A stretch of 64,000 nt of DNA, from assembly GCA_965235115.1 (NCBI GenBank), contig OZ249436.1, positions 37,946,001 through 38,010,000 on the forward strand, read 5' to 3'. The notes beneath the pieces were generated by a model. That model worked only from the letters and a program-made list of their open reading frames with translations. It was not told the origin of the DNA and ran no database searches. The DNA comes from Laetmonice hystrix (taxonomy: Eukaryota). Position numbers and translations under genes: made by a program. Positions 38,164-50,804 of this stretch are shown in pieces. Position 1 is the first letter of the stretch, and every line of letters starts with the position of its first letter.

Positions 38164-38431
38164 GGGTGGGTGGGTGGGTATTTGGGGTTTTACGCCTTGC
38201 AACAGCCAGGGTCATATCACGGCGGTGAAGATGATGATGAAAGTCAGTTTTTCTTGGTGGAGGAAACCGGAGTACCCGGAGGAAACCACCGACCATCGGG
38301 AAGGAACTGACTGACAAACCTTTCACACATGCAGCCCAGGCCGGGGATCGAACCCGGATCGCAGCGGTGTGAGGCAATGGTCCTAGGCGTCATGAGCCAA
38401 CACCTTAGACCATTCGGCCACCCGAGGCCCC
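38164..38431 (-). mobile_element. Full-length tRNA-derived SINE with V-domain-like core
   Basis: Minus strand: A box GTGGCCGAATGG, B box GGTTCGATCC, core GGTTTCCTCCGGGTACTCCGGTTTCCTCCACCA, (ACCC)n tail; 12-bp TSD CTCAGAATGGGT at 38152-38163 and 38432-38443. Confidence 0.92.
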
Positions 38432-38743
38432 CTCAGAATGGGTACATTGGATAAAACACGCCATAAAAAAAGAGTTTAACTACATAAAGAAGAACGAGTT
38501 GGTATAGAAGAGAAGACATGTTTTAGAGGTATAGGCCTATGTACACCAGACGTGGTTCGTATACCTTCGTGTAGAGAGTGGAGAAGCTTGGAGTCAAATT
38601 TCAGAAACATAGAATCGTTAGACCATTTCAAATCTCTACAGAGAATGTGATTGAAATCAATAAGGACTGGTGTGGTTTAAATACCTTATATATGCCCTCC
38701 ACTAGTTTGATTGTTATCCTGTGTCCTGGGGTAGGGGGGGGGT

Positions 38744-38848
38744 ATGATGATGAAAGTCAGTTTTTCTTGGTGGAGGAAACCGGAGTAGCCTACCCGGAGG
38801 AAACCACCGACCTTCGGGAAGGAACTGACTGACAAACCTTCCACACAT
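38744..38848 (-). mobile_element. Partial second copy of the SINE core
   Basis: About 105 bp nearly identical to 38231-38330, with a 5-bp insertion at 38786-38792. Confidence 0.88.
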
Positions 38849-41412
38849 ATCCTGTGTTCTAAATGTCGGAGTATAATAAAAAATACTCCCTGATATGGCG
38901 CCCCAGTCACTGCACGGATTTACCCTAATCATACGACATATCAACTTTGTGTGCCGTCCATTTTGACTGCTTGGTCGTTCACCTGACCATGATCATAATG
39001 CAGTGAAAAACGGCTGTGATCCGTTTCTGTACTGATCCATGCAGGATAAATCAAAGATATTTTTTCAACCCTTAGGTTTACGGTGTTCGTCTATTAGAAT
39101 GTTAGTCATCACGATTATCACTTTCATATTGTGTTAGGCGAATCGGCACTTAGAAGATAAAAACCTACACCTGAAAGGTCAGAGGTTAAGGTTGTGGCGA
39201 ATGAAGTGAATCTTTTAACCCCTGTGATTGGCCAGTTAATTATTGTTGATTTAAGGGCGCCTTGTTCACTTACGCCCAGTGAACGCCTTCATATCCCCGC
39301 TGGTCCTCGACAGGACGTCAGGTTGACCTGATCCCTAGACTGTGGTCAGCTAGTAATGTAGTAATGTGTATCATTACCTCCCTATGTGGTCATACATTAC
39401 GCAACGTGTTCGGACAATATATTTTGTACTCGAGACAAACCAACGCCGGTGGCGCCCCTGGCGGAGAGCATCCGTGTCCCATGGCGGGACGCAGGGGGCA
39501 TACAGATAAAATGTCCGTTACGTCATGTGATAGGACAGTATGTCTAGAACGACATCTTCATTCTAATTGAAAATACTAAGACTGGAAACTACTATACATT
39601 CGGCTGTCCACCTTCAAATACCTATAGCCCTAGATGCATCCATAGGAAATCTGGTAAGAATGACAACACACGTAGGCCATATAGGCCTATTTTGGAGCAG
39701 GTTGTTTAAAGGAAGTTATATTTTTTTCTATGCTAAAGTAGAGAAAAGCAAGTCAACGTTTGTGTTTGGAAAAGATACCTTTCCGTGTTGCAAGGCATGA
39801 CGTGATGGACGCCAGGTGTTGTGACAAGGCGTGTTGTAGTGGGAGGTATAACTATGACGTCATATCTTTACATTATGACGTCACATGAGTGATAGTGATC
39901 ACGTCGTGTGATGTGAACAGAAGCCCGACGTCCTGATATATGAAATGGATGTAGATGCACCTGCACGTTGGTATTTGAGGGAAACGTTTCCGGATAGTTT
40001 GAAATAACAATTTTTGTCTGAAATGAAAACTGCGGTTGGCTACTCATACAAATCCGTTACCTTTATTGTACATAGTGATTATTTCATTAGAGTTTCCTAC
40101 CATGGTTCTTCCTAAATTTGTGTCGTCCTAAATGATTATTATCAATTTTGATAATGATCTTTCTGGGGGATTAAAAAAGTCATGGAATCTCATATTTATA
40201 TAGTTTTATTGCTGAATCGTCATATATGTGAAGAATAAGATATGTGAATACGAGCCCACAGAGCATATGGGCATCACCTTTTCACCATTAGCCTTTATAA
40301 ATCCATGATTATTTGGCTTTCCCCGAATTTGTCCTAATATCTCTACCATGCTGCACGTAACCAAATTGTATTAACCTTTCTATCGTTTGATTTGTCCACA
40401 ACTTTCAGTCCTCTTGTGATAGTGGTGACATCATTTAGTCCATAACTTTTCTATGTTTATTGTGTCAATAAGTGTGTGCCTGGACTCACACGCACACACA
40501 TTGCGCTCGAGCTGTGACCTGCAGGCCAAAGCCCTCTGCCGGTGAACCCGTCGACCCACTGACTGCTCGCAGTTGGCTCGCTGAACGTGCGAAGGGGTCT
40601 GCAGATGTAGGTAGGGACTTATTATTGGTCTGGTTCGGCGTGACGTTACAAACTTTCGTGGATGACGTCACGATCAATTAGAATACGGCAAAAGGGATTG
40701 GGACAGAGGAAGCAGAAAGCAATCAACTTTCTGTGGAGATTTTTTTCTTGAGAGCAACTGCAGGGTTTTATTGTGTTTAAGATATCTTTAAGATAGAATC
40801 GGCATTTTTTTTTCTCGTAGAATATCACTAATTAATTCCCCCCGACTACTTTATGACTCAGCGAGCCATGCACAATCAATCACTCGCGTGTAACCGACGA
40901 TAAAATATCTTAACTGCAATCACAAAATCTTAGTGCAATTTTCCTTTTGCCGTTCAACGACAGCGAAACAAGTGTATCAATTATTCTCCCGTGGTCACAC
41001 ATCCATGTTCAACCAAAAACGGTTATCACCTGAGTGCAATTTAAGAGTTTAACACACACCATGAGAATGCGGGTGGAGGCATTAGAACCGAACAAACAAT
41101 GAAACGATTGATACCAGGAAATTGTGTAGTGAGACCTTAGGGCAACTACTTAGAGCGGTTTCAGGAAAATAAGGAATATCAGTAGGTTTGGTGGCGGAAA
41201 GAAAGACACAACAATCACTTGCGACTATTACGTGTTGACATGTTGTACGCCGGGATGCAAGACATTGCCATGAGAGAGAGAGAGAGTATAAGAAATCAAG
41301 CAGTGAGTGCCATCTGTATTTTTGTTCATCAGAAATCAGTATCTGCGGATCATTCTCCTAGGTTACGTCGTGTAACTTTGCGACGTTAGCCAATGAATCG
41401 TGTTCTGTGAGA

Positions 41413-43694
41413 GTTTGGTGTTGTCACGGATACTGGTTTAGAGCATACGTCCATGTTTGATCCCACCTGATCAATGACTTGGTTTGGTGTTGTCACAGAT
41501 ATTGGTTTAGAGCATAGGTCCATGTTTGACCCCACCTGATCAATGACTTGGTTTGGTGTTGTCACAGATATTGGTTTAGAGCATAGGTCCATGTTTGACC
41601 CCACCTGATCAATGACTTGGTTTGATGTTGTCACAGATATTGGTTTAGAGCATAGGTCCATGTTTGACCCCACCTGATCAATGACTTGGTGTGGTGTTGT
41701 CAAAGATATTGGTTTAGAGCATAGGTCCATGTTTGACCCCACCTGATCAATGACTTGGTTTGATGTTGTCACAGATATTGGTTTAGAGCATAGGTCCATG
41801 TTTGACCCCACCTGATCAATGACTTGGTTTGATGTTGTCACAGATATTGGTTTAGAGCATAGGACCATGTTTGACCCCACCTGATCAATGACTTGGTTTG
41901 ATGTTGTCACAGATATTGGTTTAGAGCATAGGTCCATGTTTGACCCCACCTGATCAATGACTTGGTTTGATGTTGTCACAGATATTGGTTTAGAGCATAG
42001 GTCCATGTTTGACCCCACCTGATCAATGACTTGGTGTGGTGTTGTCAAAGATATTGGTTTAGAGCATAGGTCCATGTTTGAAACCCACCTGATCAATGAC
42101 TTGGTTTGATGTTGTCACAGATATTGGTTTAGAGCATAGGTCCATGTTTGACCCCACCTGATCAATGACTTGGTTTGATGTTGTCACAGATATTGGTTTA
42201 GAGCATAGGTCCATGTTTGACCCCACCTGATCAATGACTTGGTTTGATGTTGTCACAGATATTGGTTTAGAGCATAGGTCCATGTTTGACCCCACCTGAT
42301 CAATGGCTTGGTTTGATGTTGTCACAGATATTGGTTTAGAGCATAGGTCCATGTTTGAAACCCACCTGATCAATTACTTGGTTTGATGTTGTCACAGATA
42401 TTGGTTTAGAGCATAGGTCCATGTTTGACCCCACCTGATCAATGACTTGGTTTGATGTTGTCTCAGATATTGGTTTAGAGCATAGGTCCATGTTTGACCC
42501 CACCTGATCAATGACTTGGTTTGATGTTGTCTCAGATATTGGTTTAGAGCATAGGTCCATGTTTGACCCCGCCTGATCAATGACTTGGTTTGATGTTGTC
42601 ACAGATATTGGTTTAGAGCATAGGTCCATGTTTGACCCCACCTGATCAATGATTTGGTTTGATGTTGTCACAGATATTGGTTTAGAGCATAGGTCCATGT
42701 TTGACCCCACCTGATCAATGACTTGGTTTGATGTTGTCACAGATATTGGTTTAGAGCATAGGTCCATGTTTGACCCCACCTGATCAATGATTTGGTTTGA
42801 TGTTGTCACAGATATTGGTTTAGAGCATAGGTCCATGTTTGACCCCACCTGATCAATGACTTGGTTTGATGTTGTCACAGATATTGGTTTAGAGCATAGG
42901 TCCATGTTTGACCCCACCTGATCAATGACTTGGTTTGATGTTGTCAGGGATATTGGTTAGAGCATAGGTCCATGTTTGACCCCACCTGATCAATGACTTG
43001 GTTTGATGTTGTCACAGATGTTGGTTTAGAGCATAGGTCCATGTTTGACCCCACCTGATCAATGACTTGGTTTGATGTTGTCACAGATATTGGTTAGAGC
43101 ATAGGTCCATGTTTGAAACCCACCTGATCAATGATGTGGTTTTATGTTGTCACAGATATTGGTTTAGAGCATAGGTCCATGTTTGACCCCACCTGATCAA
43201 TGACTTGGTTTGATGTTGTCAAAGATATTGGTTTAGAGCATAGGTCCATGTTTGACCCCACCTGATCAATAACTTGGTTTGATGTTGTCACAGATATTGG
43301 TTTAGAGCATAGGTCCATGTTTGACCCCACCTGATCAATGACTTGGTTTGATGTTGTCACAGATATTGGTTTAGAGCATAGGTCCATGTTTGACCCCACC
43401 TGATCAATGACTTGGTTTGATGTTGTCACAGATATTGGTTTAGGGCATAGGTCCATGTTTGACCCCGCCTGATCAATGACTTGGTTTGGTGTTGTCACAG
43501 ATATTGGTTTAGGGCATAGGTCCATGTTTGACCCCGCCTGATCAATGACTTGGTTTGATGTTGTCACAGATATTGGTTTAGAGCATAGGTCCATGTTTGA
43601 TCCCACCTGATCAATGACTTGGTTTGATGTTGTCACAGATATTTGGTTGAGAGGAGAGGTCCATGTTTGACCCCACCTGATCAATAACTTGGTC
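41413..43694. repeat. Minisatellite, 69-bp unit, about 33 copies
   Basis: Unit GTCCATGTTTGACCCCACCTGATCAATGACTTGGTTTGATGTTGTCACAGATATTGGTTTAGAGCATAG. Confidence 0.97.
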
Positions 43695-43994
43695 TGCATG
43701 ATACAGGTATAGGCTGTCAGATGAAATGGGGTACAAACAATGACATATACCACCTATTAGGCTTTCTCAGCGTCACGCATCATGTTCTCATGCATTTGGT
43801 AGCTAATATCGTGTGTAATACTTTTGAAAACCTCTGTAAAATATACACTCAGTAATAATTTACAATCAATTCAATGGTATTGTTTGTGTTTCAAAGTGTA
43901 TAAAATGCAGGTGAAAGCATCTAGAGACACATTAGGCTAGATTTAAAAGTTCAACGTTCCAACTCTGCCATACACCCTTCGCCAGAATCATTAA

Positions 43995-44234
43995 AGCAAT
44001 CAGCGAGCATACACATTTCATAGACTCCAAAATGCAATGAACCGATGAATTTCATTGGCTGTTCAAGTCAATGCCAGGTCCAGCCATGAGACGTTCGCTT
44101 CATGGCGACAATCAGAATTGGCAATTTCTGTGGGTAAACATTTTGTTGATTTATGTAGTCTAAGGCCTTATCTAACCTACCAACCCATGCCTGCAGTTTG
44201 GAGTCATTGAAATGTGAGATACTCGCTGATTGCT
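43995..44234. mobile_element. MITE with about 45-bp TIRs, Kolobok-like
   Basis: TTAA|AGCAATCAGCGAGCATACACATTTCATAGACTCCAAAATGCA ... TGCAGTTTGGAGTCATTGAAATGTGAGATACTCGCTGATTGCT|TAAA; AG..CT termini with a degraded TTAA TSD. Confidence 0.78.
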
Positions 44235-47200
44235 TAAAGAAGTGATTATTTTGCTTTCACGTATGTACATTTAATAAGAACATTCTTGTTATAACGATAA
44301 TATTTTAAAATGGTCTTTGTTCTCACCACATCTACTTATATAGGCCTACTGGTCAGTATAATGGCAGTCCTCCATTGGTTACATCACCCGGTAACGTTCC
44401 CAATCACTTTCCCCAACTCGTGATTGCTACAAGTCAATATTAACAGTTCGAGTCTCTCAATCTGTCACCTTCCGTGGTGGCGGGCGGGCGTGCACTCCCC
44501 GCCGCCGGCGTGCTTCACCCGGCACGTGCACGTGTCAAGTGGTCGCTCACGGCCGCCTGTCGTCGTGTAGGCCCGGGGCCTGGCCCACCACCTCCCTCCC
44601 CAGGGGGTGGACTGCCGATTGTCCGGTCACAGCTCCCCTGCCGGCCCGGCGAGCCGGTCCACCGCCGAAACCAGTCCGCTACAATAGGGAACAGCCTGCC
44701 TCCCGCCGCGACAGTAGCGGACAGTGGGGTCGGAGGGACATTCACCGGAACACTTAGACCGACTTGACAACGGTACATTGAATCGTTGGTGGGCGCGAAA
44801 CGGATTCTATGGAACCGCCACCTATATTATAATAAAGGTATCACATTTATACCGGCGACGGTTTGCGGTGACACGTCAAGTAGTCACATTTAGGAGTGGA
44901 TAAATGCAATTGGCGTGCATGTCAGGGGAGGATTTTCACACATAAATATAATGTTTGCCCCTATAATGATGCTCCTATACCATAGAATTCAGGGGCAGAA
45001 AAGGAACCACTTCTCTCTTCTTTTTTTTTTTGGGGGGGGGGGGGTCTCCCTTTTGTCAGCATATGAAAAATGCGATATCCCTTCATTTTCTCTCATTATT
45101 ATTTCGTATTACAATGTATATATGAAAGTATATGAAATTTGCTTTTCTTTCTGTTATGTAAGCTGATGCATACATGTATATGGCCTACATTCAGTATCAG
45201 TATCAGTATCAGCCCACCATTAAATGTATAGCCCCACTGCATATCTCCAACCCGCCTGGCCCACTCATGTACTCAGTGTCCACCAGCAGGAATACGGTCA
45301 GTCACCACATGACATTGTCTATGGCTCCAGCCTCCCGTCACCTTCACTGTGCACAGCTTCCAAGTGTATAGATCTCGTGAAATATCCATGCTGAGACAGC
45401 CTGCAGGCGCGTCAGTCTGAGATCTATAATGTACGGTGTCGTCAGGCAGGGGTTGGGGTCGGGAAACAAAGGGCGTTTATAGATCATCAATATGGGACGA
45501 CAACTGCAGGGTAAGCAAGACTCTGCATGCATTGTTTGATTTCTAAAAGGTGATATGGTTCCCGTCAGCGTTAGATAGAAGTACATTCCCAGCCAAGTAT
45601 CCCATTGATTTCTGAGCACGGTTCATGTTGCGCTCAGACTGTTTAAAGGGGTTAAATCTTTGCTGTTCGTTTGATTGAATATTCTGTTCCAATAGGAAGC
45701 TGTCAAATACAGATAACACCGTACAAATTACTCCGATAAACCGACATAGTTTACCAAATGTTTCACTCAATGTGTCCTACTTTTGTTTAAATGTCTGTCT
45801 CCGGCCCACCAAGACGTTGTCAGTTGATGTATATGAAGTCTGAAAGATGACCTTTGTGATGGTAACTTTAACAGACCCGTCCGATATGTACTCTCGGTCG
45901 GTACGCGAACCGAATCGTTGACAATAGGAGCACTTGTTGTCTATTTGTGTTCTCTCCTTCCCAGTGTCGACGTTTTATTCTGACGGCTAGCAGCGATAAC
46001 GTCCGATTTTGGCAAGCTAATTTATTTGTCCGATTCAGGCCGTCCAGTTCAGCATCGTTTCTCAGAGCGGTTGGTTTGTGAGTAATTACTTGCCAGATTT
46101 GACATTGGTGTACATTTGTGTATATGTACACACATTGTACAGTCCTATACAGTTCACATTGTTATCGCTAGGGGTCAACCACATGGTCTTTTTTTCTTTG
46201 CCAATCGAAGATATGTAAATTGGCATCAATTAAAGTCATTTGAAGAACTGTTTTATTTACATTTTTGTCGCTCTTATGGTGGTTTATCAGAGATATACCC
46301 AAACAGAACAATTACTGAAAATCAACAAACTTTAAGAGGTTCGTCTCTAATCATCCCATGATCTGAAGTGTTTCTACAAAAAAAAATCAGTAGGTCTACT
46401 CTTCCTTATTCGTGCTGCTTTATCAGAAAATACACGTGCATGCAATGAATTGTAATAGGATTTGTCCATATAGCCCGATTTATAAGTAAGTACTCAGTAT
46501 CAGTATGTATATTATACAAACCAAACTCGTATTTTGTGCCCGAATGTGCCTAAGCAACTATAGGAAAAATATGATCAATGGAGGAATCAACATCATATTA
46601 AATATTTGTAAAAAGAAGAAAGTTTCCGGTTTTGAAAACAGTTTCACCGTGTATAGAACCCGTGCACGTGCACTGACCTCTGTGTGTACACGAACCGGAA
46701 ACACTTTATTCCTTCCCTTTTCAAGCGTCCCGTTTGATGGCCTGTAATTTGGACTGAACTTTGACACTTCGCACACAGAGCAGTGGTGAAGGCGGCCGCG
46801 AGACAAAGTCTTTCAATCTTTGCATGCCTAACCAATTTTAAGTATCGATATGCCCGTGTCGTACATTGTAGCATTGTGTGAAGTGGGCCACTACCAATGG
46901 GCATGTCGCCACAGAATATTACTCCTCTCACCCGTGCATTGATTCCAGGGCTGAGTCTACAGGTGTAGCGTCTGTCAACTATATCATTACCTGATGACTA
47001 AAATATACTTAGGGTTTCTACTATAACTGATCACACGACAGGGAACCAATTATAGGAATATAATTTACCTATATGCCATGAACTATATAGGGGACAAGTG
47101 CGCCAACATACTATTTCAGATCAGTTAACGGAAATATTGTCATGTATAATGCTGAGTTGTTTACAGTACAAATATTAGCCATACAGGAGGATTCCATGCG

Positions 47201-49003
47201 ATAGCTTGCACTCAATTTGCTGAGGTAAATACAGCAATGTGATGCCATTATGCATTGTTATTATACCATAGTCGGATCCAGGATTTCAAGAGGGTGTATG
47301 GGTGGGGGCGTAAATGTACAGGATTTTTGGAACTGGGAGAGTGGACGCAAGAGGAACTTTGTAAAAATATAATGTATGGGGTTTTTTTAATATTCGACTG
47401 GGCGCGGGGTGTCCGCAAGTATACAGACCGTCAGGGGTTATATATTCGCTAATGTCGCTAATAAAATCTTTCCGAAGTCGGTCGTCTTTTTTCCTTAAAT
47501 GTATAGGCTATGGTCTATATGCATTTATCGTAAATATAATCAAATAGTTTTAAAAGAGAGAAGGCTGTTGTCAATTCTAGGTATAATTTTATGCGGAGAG
47601 AAACCTGAAATATTTATATTTGAAGTTAGCAAAGCTAATAGAACGCTGCTGGTACATTGACATAATATATTTATTTCTTGTATTTACATTCGGAATGTAT
47701 GAGAAACTGTACAGACAAAATAAAATGATGAAACATCCTGTGCATAATTCACGTCGATAATGATGAAATGGAATAATGAGACTGATCATTTTATCTCATG
47801 ATAATAATGCGATGGTTGTGACCATTATGGTAATTATGCAATTACTCTGAGTGAATCACAGATCTAGGCTTCCCCCACCATAATATAAGACGAAACGATA
47901 TTTTTGGACCGCCGTATACAAATCAATAAATTAAACTTTTTATCGTCATGCCACTAATTCATATTGACTGATTGAAAATTTCCCATGGCTGCTATTTGAC
48001 AGGATGAAAATGTTGTAAAGTAACTCTTTGCGATAATGTTACACCTTAAAATATACTCAAATCCGTTTAACACATGCACCTGTGAATCGTTGACATTAAG
48101 GATATGGAAAATGTTATCTACGACAAGCAGCATGTTTTACTAAAACCATGAAATCTTTGAACATGAATAATTATTGTAGTCATTATTATGCAATATTAGC
48201 CCAGAGAAATGCGAGAAACCTGGTTACTGACAGGGTGAATAAAGTCTTGAATCTATTCTGAATCTTTTCATAATGACACATATATCTGACGTCCCTTTTT
48301 ATCATACGGATTATTTCGAAATAGTTTAATATGAATTAAAACTATGAGGTTTTATCGACTAGGACGTGGTGCCTCTTTTCAGGTCACGGATCGTACAAAA
48401 TATCACGCTTGTACAGGCCTGCCTTACGGTTCTCATGTTGACTCTCGTAAACTAAATTAGAACTTTACTAATCCCAACTTCCGTTTTACACAGTTTTCAA
48501 CTAGAATACTTTTACAAACCAAGTGATCCGAAAACTGTAGAATGCAGTCAGGAGAGTGTTCCTTTACATGACCAGGTGAGGGGAAGTCCCATCTTTGTTT
48601 GTGGATGAAGTGTCGTGTTGGTGGTTGACCACAGCCAGGTTTGGGTTGGTTTGGCCGCGCAGACCGCCACCCGGCCCGTGGGGCTCACTCATACAGCTAT
48701 CCGACAGTTGTCACCACCTGATGGGCACGGCTAGCAGGGAATAGTGTCTGAATGTTCGCCGACATCGTGTATCTATATATAGGGAGATCCATCAAGTCCT
48801 AAGACGGTAATTCCATTTGGTTGTATGGGACTCGATATCGAACCCAATACATATTATTATAAGAAGTCTTTATATGCCAACCTGAAGATTTATAAGGTGT
48901 CCTGTGTTGCTTCCCGTGCCCCGTGTCCCTTCCATTCTTCTTAGAAATGATGTGGCATTATATGTTCATTATTAGATTCTATATTATGAGTACAATCAGG
49001 GTT

Positions 49004-49672
49004 CTAAGAGACCGGATCCCTGTTTAAAAGTTCATTCAGGGCATTGATATAACTTTGTGCCATTTGAAGAGTTTCGTATTTAGATAACTTCCTGTCGTTA
49101 CTAAATGACGGCACCACCTCACGGAGCTGATCAAAGGCGACGTTCAAACTGTCCATCCGGCGTCTCTCTCGAGCGTTCGCTGCCAACCTCCGCTTCTTCA
49201 AAACTTCTTTTTGTGGTTGTTTTGGCGGGCCCCGCTTACGTCCGTGTCCCGTACTTCTCGACCGTTTCTTGTCCCCCGTATCCCCGGATTTTTTAATGGT
49301 GGAGGCCGCCGACTCCCGCTTCCGTTTCGCCCGGGCCGTACTGCCGCTGTGTCCGGAGGCCGTGGAGGAGATCTCCCCGAGGTCCTGGGGCAGCAAGCCG
49401 CCCAGGGCGCACGACTTGCGGGGTAGCGATACTCCTCGCATCGGATCGACATTCTCCGCTGACGACGGCGACCCGAGGCCGAGGCCGGGACCGAACCCGC
49501 CGGCGGCCATCGACTGCATTGTCTGCGGGAAGGGGATGGTTGCCCTCAGCGGGATGCCTACCGTCCCCGCGCCCGAGGCGTCGGCGGTCGCCGGCTCGTC
49601 CCTCGACGATGGCGGGTAGCTCGGGTACTGGCTGGCCAGACTCCGACAACTCATGTCAAACTCGGTGAACAT
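49004..49672 (-). CDS. ato: Atonal-family proneural bHLH transcription factor, paralog B (222 aa from first ATG, intronless CDS)
   Basis: Canonical atonal/Atoh1-type b[60 protein letters not shown]. The track start at 49729 is GTG; the first ATG is at 49672. Confidence 0.96.
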   Translation of the reverse strand: MFTEFDMSCRSLASQYPSYPPSSRDEPATADASGAGTVGIPLRATIPFPQTMQSMAAGGFGPGLGLGSPSSAENVDPMRGVSLPRKSCALGGLLPQDLGEISSTASGHSGSTARAKRKRESAASTIKKSGDTGDKKRSRSTGHGRKRGPPKQPQKEVLKKRRLAANARERRRMDSLNVAFDQLREVVPSFSNDRKLSKYETLQMAQSYINALNELLNRDPVS

Positions 49673-50139
49673 TCTGAACGGTTTGGTCGTACTCACATAC
49701 GGCTCCCTACAGGTGATAACGCTCGCCACAGATGCCTGTAGGAGGGGGATATATACGGGCCCTGTGCCCTCAAAAGGCCGTCGCCTCTGGTTTCCTCGAT
49801 GGCCTTACAGCATAACAACTATCGGGGAGCCACACACGTGTTGTTAAGATCCTCTCCGGGCCCGTCGTCACACAACACTGACCAAGTGTTGCCGTCCTCC
49901 CGCGGTCTCTCCCCGGCGATCGTCCACCACTCACCGAGCTATACGAAATCTGTATCCACAACCGTCGATACAAACAACTCGTTCAAATCACTCTCGTCAT
50001 CGCCGGCCCATACACACAGACACGGGTCCAAGTCAAAGTATAGTTTTATAAACTCGGAACAGAAAAAAACGTTCTCCAAGAGAATGCCGGTCGACTTGGC
50101 TCACTCGATGGAGTTGTAGCGTTGATGTACATACACATT

Positions 50140-50240
50140 GTCTCCCTATATACAGACACAGGACTTGAGTTTTTATAGCGTCTCTCCCCTTGAGATGGGG
50201 CGCGCCTCATTATCTTGTCAATCCGGTCGGCTCGACCAAT
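50140..50240 (-). promoter_or_regulatory. Proximal/core promoter of atonal-like gene B
   Basis: Minus strand ATTGGT-N12-ATTGACAAGATAAT (50240-50209) followed by TATAAAA (50177-50171); same composite motif as gene A. Confidence 0.65.
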
Positions 50241-50804
50241 CAACGGCCGCCTCTCATGGACTGGGTCGCTTCGGTTCGCTGAACAAGAAATCAATTTGAA
50301 AGTGAATTGCTTGTTTATTGTAACATCCACCCCAGATCGTAAAATGCACCCATACACCAAGATGAACTCTGAAAAAAAACTATGACTTCAGACTCTACGT
50401 GAACACTTAATATACCTGAAGCTAATTGCTATACTCAAATGCGCAGTGGCCTTTTAAATCATTCGGCGCCTTCCCTTTAGAAGTCTCATTAATTATATCA
50501 TGATTCATCATGTATAAGATGTAACAGGTTGGAGATAACCGAAATATTGTAAAGTCCGTTCCTTTCTTTGTACAGCAGGGGCATAGCCAAGGTTTTTTAA
50601 CCCCCCCCCCCCCCACACACACACACTTACCATAATTATACCGTAGAATACATGTACTTTGTTATATTTGTAACATTTGGACTCCCAGAAAGAGGGGGTA
50701 GAGAAAGTTTGATAATGTATTAGGTTTTTTTGTAAGGCAGTACACATTTATATTGAAGCCATTCGTGTTATAACAGTGTTATTTGATAACGGAAATATGT
50801 AATC

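Noticed and set aside
38335..38431. Possible tRNA gene
   Set aside because: A and B boxes belong to a SINE head followed by core, tail and TSD; no clean cloverleaf seen.
41386..43753. Long repetitive ORFs (SNMDLCSKPISVTTSNQVIDQVG)n
   Set aside because: Artefact of a 69-bp unit (multiple of 3); broken by frameshifting indels; no unique coding flanks.
49105..49649. Antisense and alternate-frame ORFs over the atonal genes (also 10205-10736)
   Set aside because: Expected shadow ORFs of GC-rich coding sequence.
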